Source: Clostridia bacterium (GTDB lineage Bacteria; Bacillota; Clostridia; UBA1212). From it: a stretch of DNA of 64,000 bases. The notes beneath the pieces are model-generated. The model ran no database searches. It saw only the letters and a program-made list of their open reading frames with translations, and was not told the origin of the DNA. Position numbers and translations under genes: made by a program. Shown piece after piece: positions 54,082 through 62,696 of this stretch (position 1 is the first letter of the stretch; each line of letters begins with the position of its first letter). Location: assembly GCA_017625675.1 (NCBI GenBank), contig JAGAKK010000052.1, positions 50,225 through 114,224 on the forward strand, in the 5' to 3' direction.

Positions 54082-54813
54082 TTGGAAATAGTAATTTTAA
54101 CAGCTCTGGGCGTAGGTCTTGCCACCGTTTTTGGCAGCATTATCGGCTTCGTCCTGAAAGAAATTCCCCACCGCTTCAACGATCTCCTGCTGGGCTTCGC
54201 CGCAGGCATAATGATGGTAGCCGCCATTCTGGGTCTCATTGTTCCCGCAATGGAAGCAGGCGGCGCAACACAACTTCCCATAGTTTTTCTCGGCATAATG
54301 TGCGGAGCTTTTTGCCTCGTCCTTGCCGACAAGGCATTGCCCTTTCTTCACAACGTTGCAGGCATTAAGGGCTCCGACAACCGCGTAATGCTCCTTGTTC
54401 TCGCCATCGCAATTCACAACTTCCCCGAAGGCATTGCCGCCGGAGTAAGCTTTCTCACCGACAACACCGCAGGCGCCTTGTCCGTGGCAGGCGGAATTGC
54501 CCTCCAGAACATTCCCGAGGGCATGGTAATAATAGCGCCAATGCTATCCGCAGGCATCACCAAAAAACGAGCCTTCCTCATCGCCCTTGGCACAGGCCTC
54601 ACAGAAGTCCTTGGCACACTCCTCGGCTACACCGTAATCCAGCTTTCCGCTGCAATCCTGCCCTTTTCCCTTGCTTTCGCAGGCGGCACGATGCTCTACG
54701 TAATCTGCGACGAAATGATCCCCGAAACTCACTCCCACGGCAACGCCCGCGCCTCCACGTACGCTCTGCTGGCAGGCTTTTGCGTAATGCTGCTAATGGA
54801 TTTTTTGCTGTAA
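54082..54813 (+). CDS. ZIP-family (ZupT-like) divalent metal transporter
   Basis: TTG start after AGGGAGAG. IHNFPEGIAAG and LQNIPEGM motifs; 243 aa. Confidence 0.85.
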   Translation: MEIVILTALGVGLATVFGSIIGFVLKEIPHRFNDLLLGFAAGIMMVAAILGLIVPAMEAGGATQLPIVFLGIMCGAFCLVLADKALPFLHNVAGIKGSDNRVMLLVLAIAIHNFPEGIAAGVSFLTDNTAGALSVAGGIALQNIPEGMVIIAPMLSAGITKKRAFLIALGTGLTEVLGTLLGYTVIQLSAAILPFSLAFAGGTMLYVICDEMIPETHSHGNARASTYALLAGFCVMLLMDFLL

Positions 54814-54817
54814 AATA

Positions 54818-55016
54818 AGTCAAGAGTCCTCAAAACGAGTCAGGAACCTCAAAATGAGTCAGGAACCTCAAAATGAGTCAGGGACCTCAAAATGAGTTAG
54901 GGACCTCAAAAATGAGTCAGGGACCTCGAAATGAGTCAGGGACCTGCCCCCTGACTCATAGGGCGCAAACCCTTTCCCTGAAAGGGTTTGCGAAAAAAAG
55001 GGTGGCACTTCAGTTC
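54818..55016 (+). repeat. Modular TGAGTCA-palindrome element, copy B4 (forward) with expanded 19-bp tandem half-site array
   Basis: About six tandem units of GAGTCAGG(G/A)ACCTCAAAAT (54818..54932). Palindrome at 54932..54958. Module 2 hairpin GCAAACCCTTTC-CCTG-AAAGGGTTTGC. Module 3 GGTGGCACTTCAGTTCCG. Confidence 0.9.
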
Positions 55017-55044
55017 CGTTTGCAAAAAAAGTTGTTTTAACTAC

Positions 55045-55072
55045 TTGACGGCAACAATTTTTGTGGTATACT
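55045..55072 (+). promoter_or_regulatory. Sigma-A-like promoter for tRNA-Ser
   Basis: TTGACG, 16 nt, TGG-TATACT. Confidence 0.6.
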
Positions 55073-55087
55073 TACAAAGTAGGCTTT

Positions 55088-55179
55088 GGAGATGTACTCA
55101 AGTTGGCTGAAGAGGCGCCCCTGCTAAGGGTGTAGGTCGGGCAACCGGCGCGGAAGTTCAAATCTTCTCATCTCCGCCA
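55088..55179 (+). tRNA. tRNA-Ser (GCU)
   Basis: GGAGATGTACTCAAGTTGGCTGAAGAGGCGCCCCTGCTAAGGGTG...GGAAGTTCAAATCTTCTCATCTCCGCCA. Long variable arm; anticodon loop CTGCTAA. Confidence 0.95.
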
Positions 55180-55181
55180 AA

Positions 55182-55226
55182 AGAAAACAGGTTATGCTAA
55201 GCGGCATAACCTGTTTTCTTTTTTTG
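55182..55226 (+). terminator. Rho-independent terminator after tRNA-Ser
   Basis: AGAAAACAGGTTATGC...GCATAACCTGTTTTCT followed by TTTTTTT. Confidence 0.9.
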
Positions 55227-55301
55227 AGGAATTAAAATATGTTGAATTTATCACAAGGATAAAGAATATGATAAAGAAATAACAAGAAAGAGAAACCCTC
55301 T

Positions 55302-55784
55302 ATGCGCAATATGGAATACAACAGATTTGCTGCAGTCGCTTACGCACGCAAGTGGGCGCTGTCACGAAATCCGGCTTTTTATGATTTTCAAAACATTGGC
55401 GGTGATTGCACAAGCTTTGCATCACAATGCCTTTATGCAGGCGCTTCTGTAATGAATTACACCCCCATAATGGGATGGTATTATAGGTCAGCCTCTGATC
55501 GGACTGCCTCCTGGAGCGGAGTAGAATTCTTTTGTAACTTCATTATAAGTAATCGTTCAGTAGGCCCTTACGGGCACATTGCCGCGGCCAAAGAGATACA
55601 ACCGGGAGATTTTGTTCAACTTGGCACAGAAAGTGAAAAGTATTATCACACTCTTGTAGTTACCGCAGTTTCTCCCGGCATTTTAGTGTCTGCCCACACC
55701 TTTGACGCTTTAGACAGACCGCTCTCTTCCTACAACTTTTTTAAAACTCGTTTTCTCCGCATAGACGGTGTCCGGACCTGGTAA
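55302..55784 (+). CDS. Putative amidase-domain protein (papain-like Cys fold)
   Basis: YNRFAAVAYARKWALSRNPAFYDFQNIGGDCTSFASQCLYAG...YYHTLVV resembles the putative amidase domain family. Confidence 0.65.
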   Translation: MRNMEYNRFAAVAYARKWALSRNPAFYDFQNIGGDCTSFASQCLYAGASVMNYTPIMGWYYRSASDRTASWSGVEFFCNFIISNRSVGPYGHIAAAKEIQPGDFVQLGTESEKYYHTLVVTAVSPGILVSAHTFDALDRPLSSYNFFKTRFLRIDGVRTW

Positions 55785-55800
55785 TTCCGTGATTACATGC

Positions 55801-56670
55801 TTACTTTAAAACCAAGGCACCGTATTTGTCTTCGGAAAGTGCGTATCCATAGAAAACTTCTTTATTCACTATGGCAAGGTATCCCGCCATTATGTCGAGT
55901 TCCGGATAATTATCTTCAGCAATCAAGATGAGCTCGTTCAACTGCAAAATTACAGAAAAAATATGTTTACAAATTCCGCTGCAAAAACACTCACAGTTCG
56001 GATTGCTGATTTCACCGTTTTTATAATCAAACTCCACCTCATATATACGACTTCCTTTTACAAGGGCCCTTCCGTGATTATTTTTCAGTTCGATATATAA
56101 AACTCTTCCGCTTTCAAAATAATCCACACCCCTTCCGCCAACGTCCTTACTTATTTTTATTGCACCGGGGGCACGGAGAGGGAAAGAAAAATCATCAGAA
56201 CCGATGACATATTCCTCTTCGGAATATGTATAGGGCATAAACCAGCCTCTTATCTTTTCAAAGGGCAATGCATTCTCCTGCTTAGTGAATAAGCATCGTC
56301 CTCCCAACAAGAAAGTTCCTTTCACGGTGGTGTCCGCCACACGAATCACTTTTTTATACTCTGACAATTTTATCTTGAAGGAATATGATATGTCAGTTAC
56401 TCTTCCGGGCAGACCTTCAAGTTTCCCTTCAACAAAAACAATATCGCCAAGCTTTAAATCGAAAGCATCATTATAGTACGAACAGCTTATTCCTCTATCT
56501 TCAAAGTACACTTCTACAACAGATTTTTTCGCAACAGTCCCGGATGAATGATTATCCATATAAACGAAATTTTCTACGTTATCAGAATTTTCAGAACTGA
56601 AAGTTTTTTCATTTTTTACTTCTTCACTGTTTTTACCCTTATCAATATCGAAACCAATCTTAAACTTCAT
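55801..56670 (-). CDS. Hypothetical protein with SWIM-type zinc finger
   Basis: CECFCSGICKH fits CxC-x5-CxH. N-terminal beta-rich region; no other motif recognised. Confidence 0.6.
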   Translation of the reverse strand: MKFKIGFDIDKGKNSEEVKNEKTFSSENSDNVENFVYMDNHSSGTVAKKSVVEVYFEDRGISCSYYNDAFDLKLGDIVFVEGKLEGLPGRVTDISYSFKIKLSEYKKVIRVADTTVKGTFLLGGRCLFTKQENALPFEKIRGWFMPYTYSEEEYVIGSDDFSFPLRAPGAIKISKDVGGRGVDYFESGRVLYIELKNNHGRALVKGSRIYEVEFDYKNGEISNPNCECFCSGICKHIFSVILQLNELILIAEDNYPELDIMAGYLAIVNKEVFYGYALSEDKYGALVLK

Positions 56671-56746
56671 AATTAAGCATCTCCTTTCGTTACGATAATA
56701 GTATACAACAGTATCCGTACCATAAAAGGGACTTTAAACGCGAGTT

Positions 56747-57427
56747 TTATCTTTTGTTTTTTCTGTTTTCGTAATCGGCATTGATTCTCGCACCCCAGCT
56801 GTCCCTCACTTTTTTCCCGGAACGAACTGTGCAAACAGTTTCAGCCACAGTATCATAAACCACAGCAGTGCCCTGACTGTCAGCATGATAATTCACAGCC
56901 CTTTCGGCATCAATTCCATAGCGGGCCGCAGTATTCACGGCGTCAATATTCGCCCCGATAAAAAGGAATTCCCAGCCGTATTTTTCTTTCTGTCTTTTAA
57001 TAGCACGCTTTACGTCATCGCTGGTATATCGATGGCTGGCATTTTCCATACCATCTGTCATAATTACAAACATAGTATGAGCAGGTACGTCCTCAGGACG
57101 TGCGTACTTGTGAATATTTCCGATATGGTGTATAGCTCCGCCGATAGCGTCTATCAAAGCGGTGCAACCTCTTACAAAATAGTCGTCTCTGGTCATCTCC
57201 GGAACGTTCTCCAGATTTACACGATCGTGAAGCACCTGGCTGACGTCATCAAATAACACGGTAGAAACAAGACATTTTCCCGGCTGTGTCTTCTGCTTCT
57301 CAATCATAGAATTAAATCCGCCTATAGTATCTCCTACGAGATTCTGCATAGATCCACTTCTGTCAAGAATAAATACCAACTCTGTAATATCGTTTCTTTT
57401 TTCAACTTTTTCTTCATGTGCTTTCAT
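56747..57427 (-). CDS. Cytoplasmic von Willebrand factor A (vWA) domain protein
   Basis: MIDAS motif FILDRSGSM; MTDGMEN; 226 aa; no signal peptide. Confidence 0.8.
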   Translation of the reverse strand: MKAHEEKVEKRNDITELVFILDRSGSMQNLVGDTIGGFNSMIEKQKTQPGKCLVSTVLFDDVSQVLHDRVNLENVPEMTRDDYFVRGCTALIDAIGGAIHHIGNIHKYARPEDVPAHTMFVIMTDGMENASHRYTSDDVKRAIKRQKEKYGWEFLFIGANIDAVNTAARYGIDAERAVNYHADSQGTAVVYDTVAETVCTVRSGKKVRDSWGARINADYENRKNKR

Positions 57428-57455
57428 AATTAAAACCTCCTGAATAATATAAAAT

Positions 57456-57494
57456 ATGCGGCTGTAAGTGTTTTTCTTAACCTTACAACCGCAT
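57456..57494 (-). terminator. Stem-loop (possible partial terminator) between macro and vWA genes
   Basis: Minus strand: ATGCGGTTGTAAG...CTTACAGCCGCAT followed by ATTTTATATT. It lies only 29 nt upstream of the vWA start. Confidence 0.45.
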
Positions 57495-57565
57495 TATAGA
57501 GGTTTTACGTTTTCAAAAGGTCGCACGGGAAGCGACATTTTTTTGATGAGGATGAAGTATAATAA

Positions 57566-58618
57566 TCACGCTCCCAATAAACATTGGTCGAATGCGAACA
57601 GAGCCTCATTTATTTCATATATATTGTAGTTTCCTTTTTGTATGAAGAACTCTATGATGACGTCGAACTTGTTGCTGTGGGACAGGGCGAAGCCTGCCTT
57701 TTTAAGGAGTTCCTCTGTTTCCTTGAGAGAAAGCTCTAAGGCTATTGCGAAAGCCACCGCCGTTGTTTTCCCGGGACGATACAGAGGGTTGCTTCGTATT
57801 TTAGAAAAAAGCTTTCTGTCGATGTTGGCTTTTTTGTAGCATTGCGCATCTGTCATGCCCTTTTCGTCTATTTTGCGAAGGAGCATTTCGGAAAAGCTTT
57901 CATCCAGCACCTTCAGTCTGTCATCGAGGCTGTCGCTGGAGGTGGATGGATAGGGTCTATCAGACACACTGCATTCTTCATCACAGCTGTAGAATTCCGA
58001 GACACGGCTTCCCGAAGCCTCTCTGTCGCACAGCTTCATTGCGCCCAGTCGGCGACTGTAGAAACTATCGCGGTCGGAATGCTCCTCTACATAATTATCG
58101 TCGATGAACTCCTTAATGTCAGAGAAAAGCTTTTCTCCTATAGTAAATGCTTTTTTGTCGAAGATGACTATATACACCGTCATATCGTCATCACAGTTGA
58201 GGAGAAATTCACTGATTATATCTACTGCGACTCTGAGGGCTTTGTCTTTAGGATAACCATATACCCCTGCCGAAATCAGAGGAAACGCCACGGTTTCACA
58301 GCCGTGAGCCTTCGCCAGAGCTAAAGATTTTCTGTAGCACGACTCCAGCAGCGCCTTTTCATTGTTCTTGCCGCCGTTCCATACAGGGCCTACAGTATGG
58401 ATCACGTACTTACAAGGAAGCTTGTACGCACCGGTTATTTTCGCGTCACCGGTCTCACAGCCGCCCAAGGTTTTGCACTCTTTCAGCAGCTCCTTTCCTG
58501 CGGCGCGATGTATACATCCGTCTACGCCGCCACCACCTTTCAGCTCATTGTTTGCGGCATTGACGATAGCATCTACCGCCATTTTCGTTATATCATTTCT
58601 TACAATTTCGAGAGGCAT
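57566..58618 (-). CDS. Macro-domain (ADP-ribose binding/hydrolase) protein with C-terminal HTH-like domain
   Basis: [23 protein letters not shown] and [13 protein letters not shown]-terminal [20 protein letters not shown]. Confidence 0.85.
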   Translation of the reverse strand: MPLEIVRNDITKMAVDAIVNAANNELKGGGGVDGCIHRAAGKELLKECKTLGGCETGDAKITGAYKLPCKYVIHTVGPVWNGGKNNEKALLESCYRKSLALAKAHGCETVAFPLISAGVYGYPKDKALRVAVDIISEFLLNCDDDMTVYIVIFDKKAFTIGEKLFSDIKEFIDDNYVEEHSDRDSFYSRRLGAMKLCDREASGSRVSEFYSCDEECSVSDRPYPSTSSDSLDDRLKVLDESFSEMLLRKIDEKGMTDAQCYKKANIDRKLFSKIRSNPLYRPGKTTAVAFAIALELSLKETEELLKKAGFALSHSNKFDVIIEFFIQKGNYNIYEINEALFAFDQCLLGA

Positions 58619-58619
58619 A

Positions 58620-59624
58620 TTAATACTCCTTTCTTATTGACGTAGGCACGCCGTTTTCCGTGAAAAACAATGCGACTTCATCAAGGTACTTTCCCTTTAA
58701 CACCGGGTACGCAAGGCCGTGGCCCGCCTCCGGCACCATTACCAACCTTTTCGGGGCTTTGCATGCTTCGTAATTTTCAAGACTCATTTCGCAAGGCACG
58801 TAGGCATCGTCCTCGCCGTGAAAAAATATTATCGGCAAGCTGATTTTTCCGACTGCCTCCAGCGGAGATATTTCGTCAATATTAAACTTGCCATATATTT
58901 TCGAACCCATTTTTACAAAGGGGTACAGAAGGTTTGCAGGTAATTTCATATCTTTTATTACTTTTTTGATAATTTTCTCCTGAGAGGAATAACCGCAATC
59001 GGCGAGAATTCCTATCACGTTTGACGGAACGCCCCTTGCCGCTGCCATCATTACCGTGGAAGCTCCCATGGATATTCCGGTCAGAATAATCTTAACGTCT
59101 TTTCCGAAATGCTCCACAAGAAAATTGACCCATGTCAGACAATCGCGGCTTTCGTTTACTCCGAAGGTGATAACGTTGCCCTGGCTTTTTCCGCAGGCGC
59201 GCTGGTCAATGATGAGGACGTTTCTCCCCAGAGCAAAGCTTCTTTGCACTCCGCCGCAAAGATCCCTTTCTGCGCTTCCGCGATAACCGTGCATCATAAG
59301 CTCAATGGTTGCCCCGGGCTCACACTCGTAATATTTTCCGTAAAGCTTCAACCCGTCAAAAGATTTTACGCAAAATTCCTCGCAAGGAAGGCTCCGCACT
59401 TCCCTTGCCCACTCCTTCATTTTTTCGTGAAAAGGCACGTAAATATCATCGGGAGGCAAGTCAAAAACCTCTTCGCCCACAGACACGGGGCATTTCATTG
59501 CAGATCCTTTTTGTGGGGCATAAAAGGCCATTCTGAAGCAAATATACGCTGTCAGGAGCGCCAATGCCGCCAATAAAACTATTGCCGATATTATTCCGAT
59601 AAGTATTCCTGCACTTGCCGGCAT
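58620..59624 (-). CDS. Membrane-anchored alpha/beta hydrolase
   Basis: N-terminal TM; nucleophile elbow GISMGAS; FHGEDD...GH. Confidence 0.8.
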   Translation of the reverse strand: MPASAGILIGIISAIVLLAALALLTAYICFRMAFYAPQKGSAMKCPVSVGEEVFDLPPDDIYVPFHEKMKEWAREVRSLPCEEFCVKSFDGLKLYGKYYECEPGATIELMMHGYRGSAERDLCGGVQRSFALGRNVLIIDQRACGKSQGNVITFGVNESRDCLTWVNFLVEHFGKDVKIILTGISMGASTVMMAAARGVPSNVIGILADCGYSSQEKIIKKVIKDMKLPANLLYPFVKMGSKIYGKFNIDEISPLEAVGKISLPIIFFHGEDDAYVPCEMSLENYEACKAPKRLVMVPEAGHGLAYPVLKGKYLDEVALFFTENGVPTSIRKEY

Positions 59625-59659
59625 CTTCGTTAAACTCCTTCTTTTATATAATTTTTTTC

Positions 59660-59688
59660 ATTATACCACCTGCTGCTATTTCTTGCAA
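59660..59688 (-). promoter_or_regulatory. Sigma-A-like promoter for the alpha/beta hydrolase-macro genes
   Basis: Minus strand: TTGCAA, 17 nt, TGG-TATAAT. The B5 palindrome begins 4 nt upstream of the -35. Confidence 0.6.
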
Positions 59689-59692
59689 GAAA

Positions 59693-59783
59693 TGAGTCAG
59701 GGGGCAGGTCACTGACTCACGGGGGCATAAAAATGAGACATTGGGAAAGAAGGTCCTTTACGCACCCGTCAATCCTGACTCAT
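59693..59783 (-). repeat. TGAGTCA-palindrome element, copy B5 (reverse orientation; modules 2 and 3 absent)
   Basis: TGAGTCAGGGGGCAGGTCACTGACTCA at 59693..59719. Degenerate half-site CCTGACTCAT at 59774..59783. Confidence 0.8.
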
Positions 59784-59793
59784 TCTATATAAA

Positions 59794-59829
59794 AAACCCA
59801 CCCCGGGCCATGCGGCCCGGGGTGGGTTT
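59794..59829 (-). terminator. Rho-independent terminator of the surface-protein gene
   Basis: AAACCCACCCCGGGCC-ATGC-GGCCCGGGGTGGGTTT, followed by a T-run on the minus strand. Confidence 0.9.
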
Positions 59830-59867
59830 CCAAAATCATTTAATTATTTTTTCGATTTTGTTTCACA

Positions 59868-62381
59868 TCATCTTTCCTCTTTGCGACGAAGGATAACCAA
59901 TGCAGCAGCCACAAGCATCACAATTGCGGCACAAATTACAACTGCATTGTCGCCTGTTCCGGGGTTAGGAACCGCCGGCTCAGTAGGCTCTGAAGGTTCT
60001 ACAGGGTCCGTAGGCTCTACAGGCTCCGCCTCTTCCTTAAGCTCACCCAAGCCGCAGATTACGTTATCCAAGTAGATCATCGCATCAGAAGACTTCTCAC
60101 CGTTAATGTAGATTTCAGTTTCCTCAGAGATAAAATATCCTTCAGCTGTTTCAAAAGTCATGCTGATAAAATAGTACTTTCCTGTTTCAAACACACCTTC
60201 CATATCCTCAGAGGTATAAAGATTATCATCGTCAGAAACATCCCACTCCAACTCTACAAGAGAATATTTTGCGTCCTCAGGAATAACTACGTCCTCAATG
60301 GAAGCAGGCTCCTCTCCCTCTGCAGGCTCGGGAATTGTAATTTCGATCTTATCCAAAGCCTCTACGCCAATACCGTAAGCTTTTAAGACAATTAACATTT
60401 CGGCAAGGCTCATATTAAATGCAGAAGTTTCTTCACCCTCCACCAAAATAGTTACGTCATCGGAAAATTCATATCCTTCCTTAGGCATAATCACGTATGC
60501 AAAAGTATAAAGCTTGCCTTCTTCAAGAGCGCCTTCCACGTTTTCACCGGACTCGGATTCTACCCAAACGCCTACTACCGTGTAGGGATCCTCCTCTTCA
60601 CCAAGGTCGGGAACAACAGTTCCTACCTCATCGCCTGCCTCAACCTCAGGGAATGCAGGGAGATCTACAGTATCAATTTTCTCAAGGAAAGAAGTCTCCA
60701 CGTAAACCTCGATATAGTCACCATCATTATAGAAGACATCATACTCTTCGCCATTCAATATAACAATCGCATCTTCCGCAAATTCACAGCCTTCATCAGG
60801 GCTAATTTCGATATATACCTCATACTTCTTTCGGTCTTCAAACTTCTCTATGTCGTATGTTTTATCGGTAACATTGTACCATTCAACACAGGAAAGCTGA
60901 TAGTTTGCACCGGAAGGTGTCTGGATATCCTCGATAACAGGCTCCTCTCCTATTACGGCATAAGTGCTTCCGGAAACCTGAACTGTATCAATCTTCTCAA
61001 GGAAAGAATATTCTACAATATAGTCATAGTATTCTATATCCGTCCACTCATCACCTATATATTCGCCGTCAACATACACATCAACCGCACCTGCAAACTG
61101 GTATCCCGGAAGAGGAATAACACGGATATTGAACGTATATTTATGACCGGCTTCGAATGTAGTAATATCACAAGCCTCTGATGTCTTGTCGCACCACTGA
61201 ACGTACTCGATTACATAATTTGCATCCTCGGGAATTGTAATTCCGCCGATAACGGCCGCACCGCCAAGCTCTGCTCCGGGAACATTGTCAAAATGAACCT
61301 CCTCTATTTCGGGAAGGTCAATCTGATAATCTCTGTAAACGTTCAAGCTACTTAACGAAATGCTGTCATGCCAATATGCAGAAACCGCCTCGCCGTTAAT
61401 GGTAATTTCAATATCCGGCGCAAAAGCATAGCCCTCTGCAGGCACAAGATAAATATCCAACATATAATGTCCCGCAACAAGCGTTCCCTCAAATGCATCG
61501 TCTTCTCCGTCTTTGAAAAGAGCGCTGTCTTCTGAAAGAACCACGTTATCGGAGAGCACAACGGTATCCCAGGAAAACTCATTGCCAACAGCCATCTCAG
61601 GTATTCCTGATATATCAACCTCTGTAATGAGCTCCTTGGTCGTAAATTCAAACTCATAATTTACGAAGTCAGGGTCTTGTTGTCTATAATTTTCAACTAC
61701 AGGAAAAATGTTTTCCGCATCCTCATCAAATATATAACCATACTCAGGAATCAAATATAAATCAAGCTCGTAATTATGTCCCTTCTCAAAGGCTCCGGTG
61801 ATGGCCTCCCAGCTGTCATTATCATTAAGAACCCATTTGGAGGCAGACTCGTTAATATAATACGGAACCCCTTCAGGAAGCACTATTCCGTCAAGCGAAG
61901 GCATCTCGCCGACAACAGGCGCCTCAATTGAAGTTATCTCTACTTCTGTAATAACCTCAAAGCCTACGTAGTAAACAAAGGAAAAATATGCTTCATCTTC
62001 CCAAACATCCCAATCTTCAACGACCTTTTCGCCTAAATCCCAATCTAAACTATACGCGTCGGGAAAAACAAATCCGTCTCTGGGATACAAATATATAGAC
62101 AGCATATACTGGTTGAATTCACCTACTGTCGCAGAGTCCACGCCCGTGTACTGTTCCAGCTCAGGATCAAACACAGCCCACTCACGCTCCACGCGGTAAT
62201 TTGCATCCTCAGACACTGAAAACTCAATCTCAGACCACGCCTGACCTGCCTCAATCTCCTCAGGAATTCCTTCAATGACTACTTCAGAGATAGTCTCTGC
62301 CGCAAAAGCATTGATACTCACTCCGGCAAGCATAGAAGCAACGATACATAACGTCAAAATAATATTAACAATACGCTTCAT
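59868..62381 (-). CDS. Acidic cell-surface protein with seven ~105-aa tandem repeats and a sortase-signal-like C-terminus
   Basis: ORF 59868..62453; start placed at MKRIVNIILTLCIVASMLAGVSINAFA (62381, GAGGAG RBS). Repeats are anchored by motifs such as SFLEKIDTV (twice). C-terminus is PNPGTGDN plus a TM segment plus RRKEER. Confidence 0.75.
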   Translation of the reverse strand: MKRIVNIILTLCIVASMLAGVSINAFAAETISEVVIEGIPEEIEAGQAWSEIEFSVSEDANYRVEREWAVFDPELEQYTGVDSATVGEFNQYMLSIYLYPRDGFVFPDAYSLDWDLGEKVVEDWDVWEDEAYFSFVYYVGFEVITEVEITSIEAPVVGEMPSLDGIVLPEGVPYYINESASKWVLNDNDSWEAITGAFEKGHNYELDLYLIPEYGYIFDEDAENIFPVVENYRQQDPDFVNYEFEFTTKELITEVDISGIPEMAVGNEFSWDTVVLSDNVVLSEDSALFKDGEDDAFEGTLVAGHYMLDIYLVPAEGYAFAPDIEITINGEAVSAYWHDSISLSSLNVYRDYQIDLPEIEEVHFDNVPGAELGGAAVIGGITIPEDANYVIEYVQWCDKTSEACDITTFEAGHKYTFNIRVIPLPGYQFAGAVDVYVDGEYIGDEWTDIEYYDYIVEYSFLEKIDTVQVSGSTYAVIGEEPVIEDIQTPSGANYQLSCVEWYNVTDKTYDIEKFEDRKKYEVYIEISPDEGCEFAEDAIVILNGEEYDVFYNDGDYIEVYVETSFLEKIDTVDLPAFPEVEAGDEVGTVVPDLGEEEDPYTVVGVWVESESGENVEGALEEGKLYTFAYVIMPKEGYEFSDDVTILVEGEETSAFNMSLAEMLIVLKAYGIGVEALDKIEITIPEPAEGEEPASIEDVVIPEDAKYSLVELEWDVSDDDNLYTSEDMEGVFETGKYYFISMTFETAEGYFISEETEIYINGEKSSDAMIYLDNVICGLGELKEEAEPVEPTDPVEPSEPTEPAVPNPGTGDNAVVICAAIVMLVAAALVILRRKEER

Positions 62382-62516
62382 ATTATTCTCCTCACTTTCT
62401 TTCTCTTTAGTAACAAACGCCCATAAATCGCCCCAAACTGCCTCCCGGGCCAAGTGTGGTGCTTGCTTTTATTAAGAATATCACTTTTTTTTAAATTTTG
62501 CAATTATTTTTTTTAG

Positions 62517-62592
62517 TGCACCAGGGGGACAGACAACCGGTGCAGAAATTCAGCCACGAAAAACTGCACCGGTTGTCTGTCCCCCTGGTGCA
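62517..62592. repeat. 29-bp perfect inverted repeat with 18-nt spacer
   Basis: TGCACCAGGGGGACAGACAACCGGTGCAG (62517..62545) and its exact reverse complement at 62564..62592. Confidence 0.9.
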
Positions 62593-62597
62593 AACCC

Positions 62598-62626
62598 TTG
62601 ATTTCCTGAAGAATTTATACTATAAT
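62598..62626 (+). promoter_or_regulatory. Sigma-A-like promoter for the SIS/kinase genes
   Basis: TTGATT, 17 nt, TATAAT. Confidence 0.6.
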
Positions 62627-62638
62627 TTTTAAAAAAGT

Positions 62639-62665
62639 GAGCCACAGCGTCAGACGCTGTGGCTC
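62639..62665. repeat. REP-like repeat, copy 9 (in the predicted 5' UTR)
   Basis: GAGCCACAGCGTCAGACGCTGTGGCTC. Confidence 0.9.
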
Positions 62666-62696
62666 GCGGCGAAATCCGGAAAGCAGGTGCAATAAA

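Noticed and set aside
54818-54958. Possible CRISPR array
   Set aside because: The units are 19 bp and directly contiguous with no unique spacers, and no cas genes are nearby. It is a tandem repeat of the palindrome half-site.
53750-55179. Integrated element or prophage remnant at the tRNA genes
   Set aside because: No integrase, no direct repeat of a tRNA 3' end, and the neighbouring genes (ABC importer, ZIP transporter) look like ordinary chromosome.
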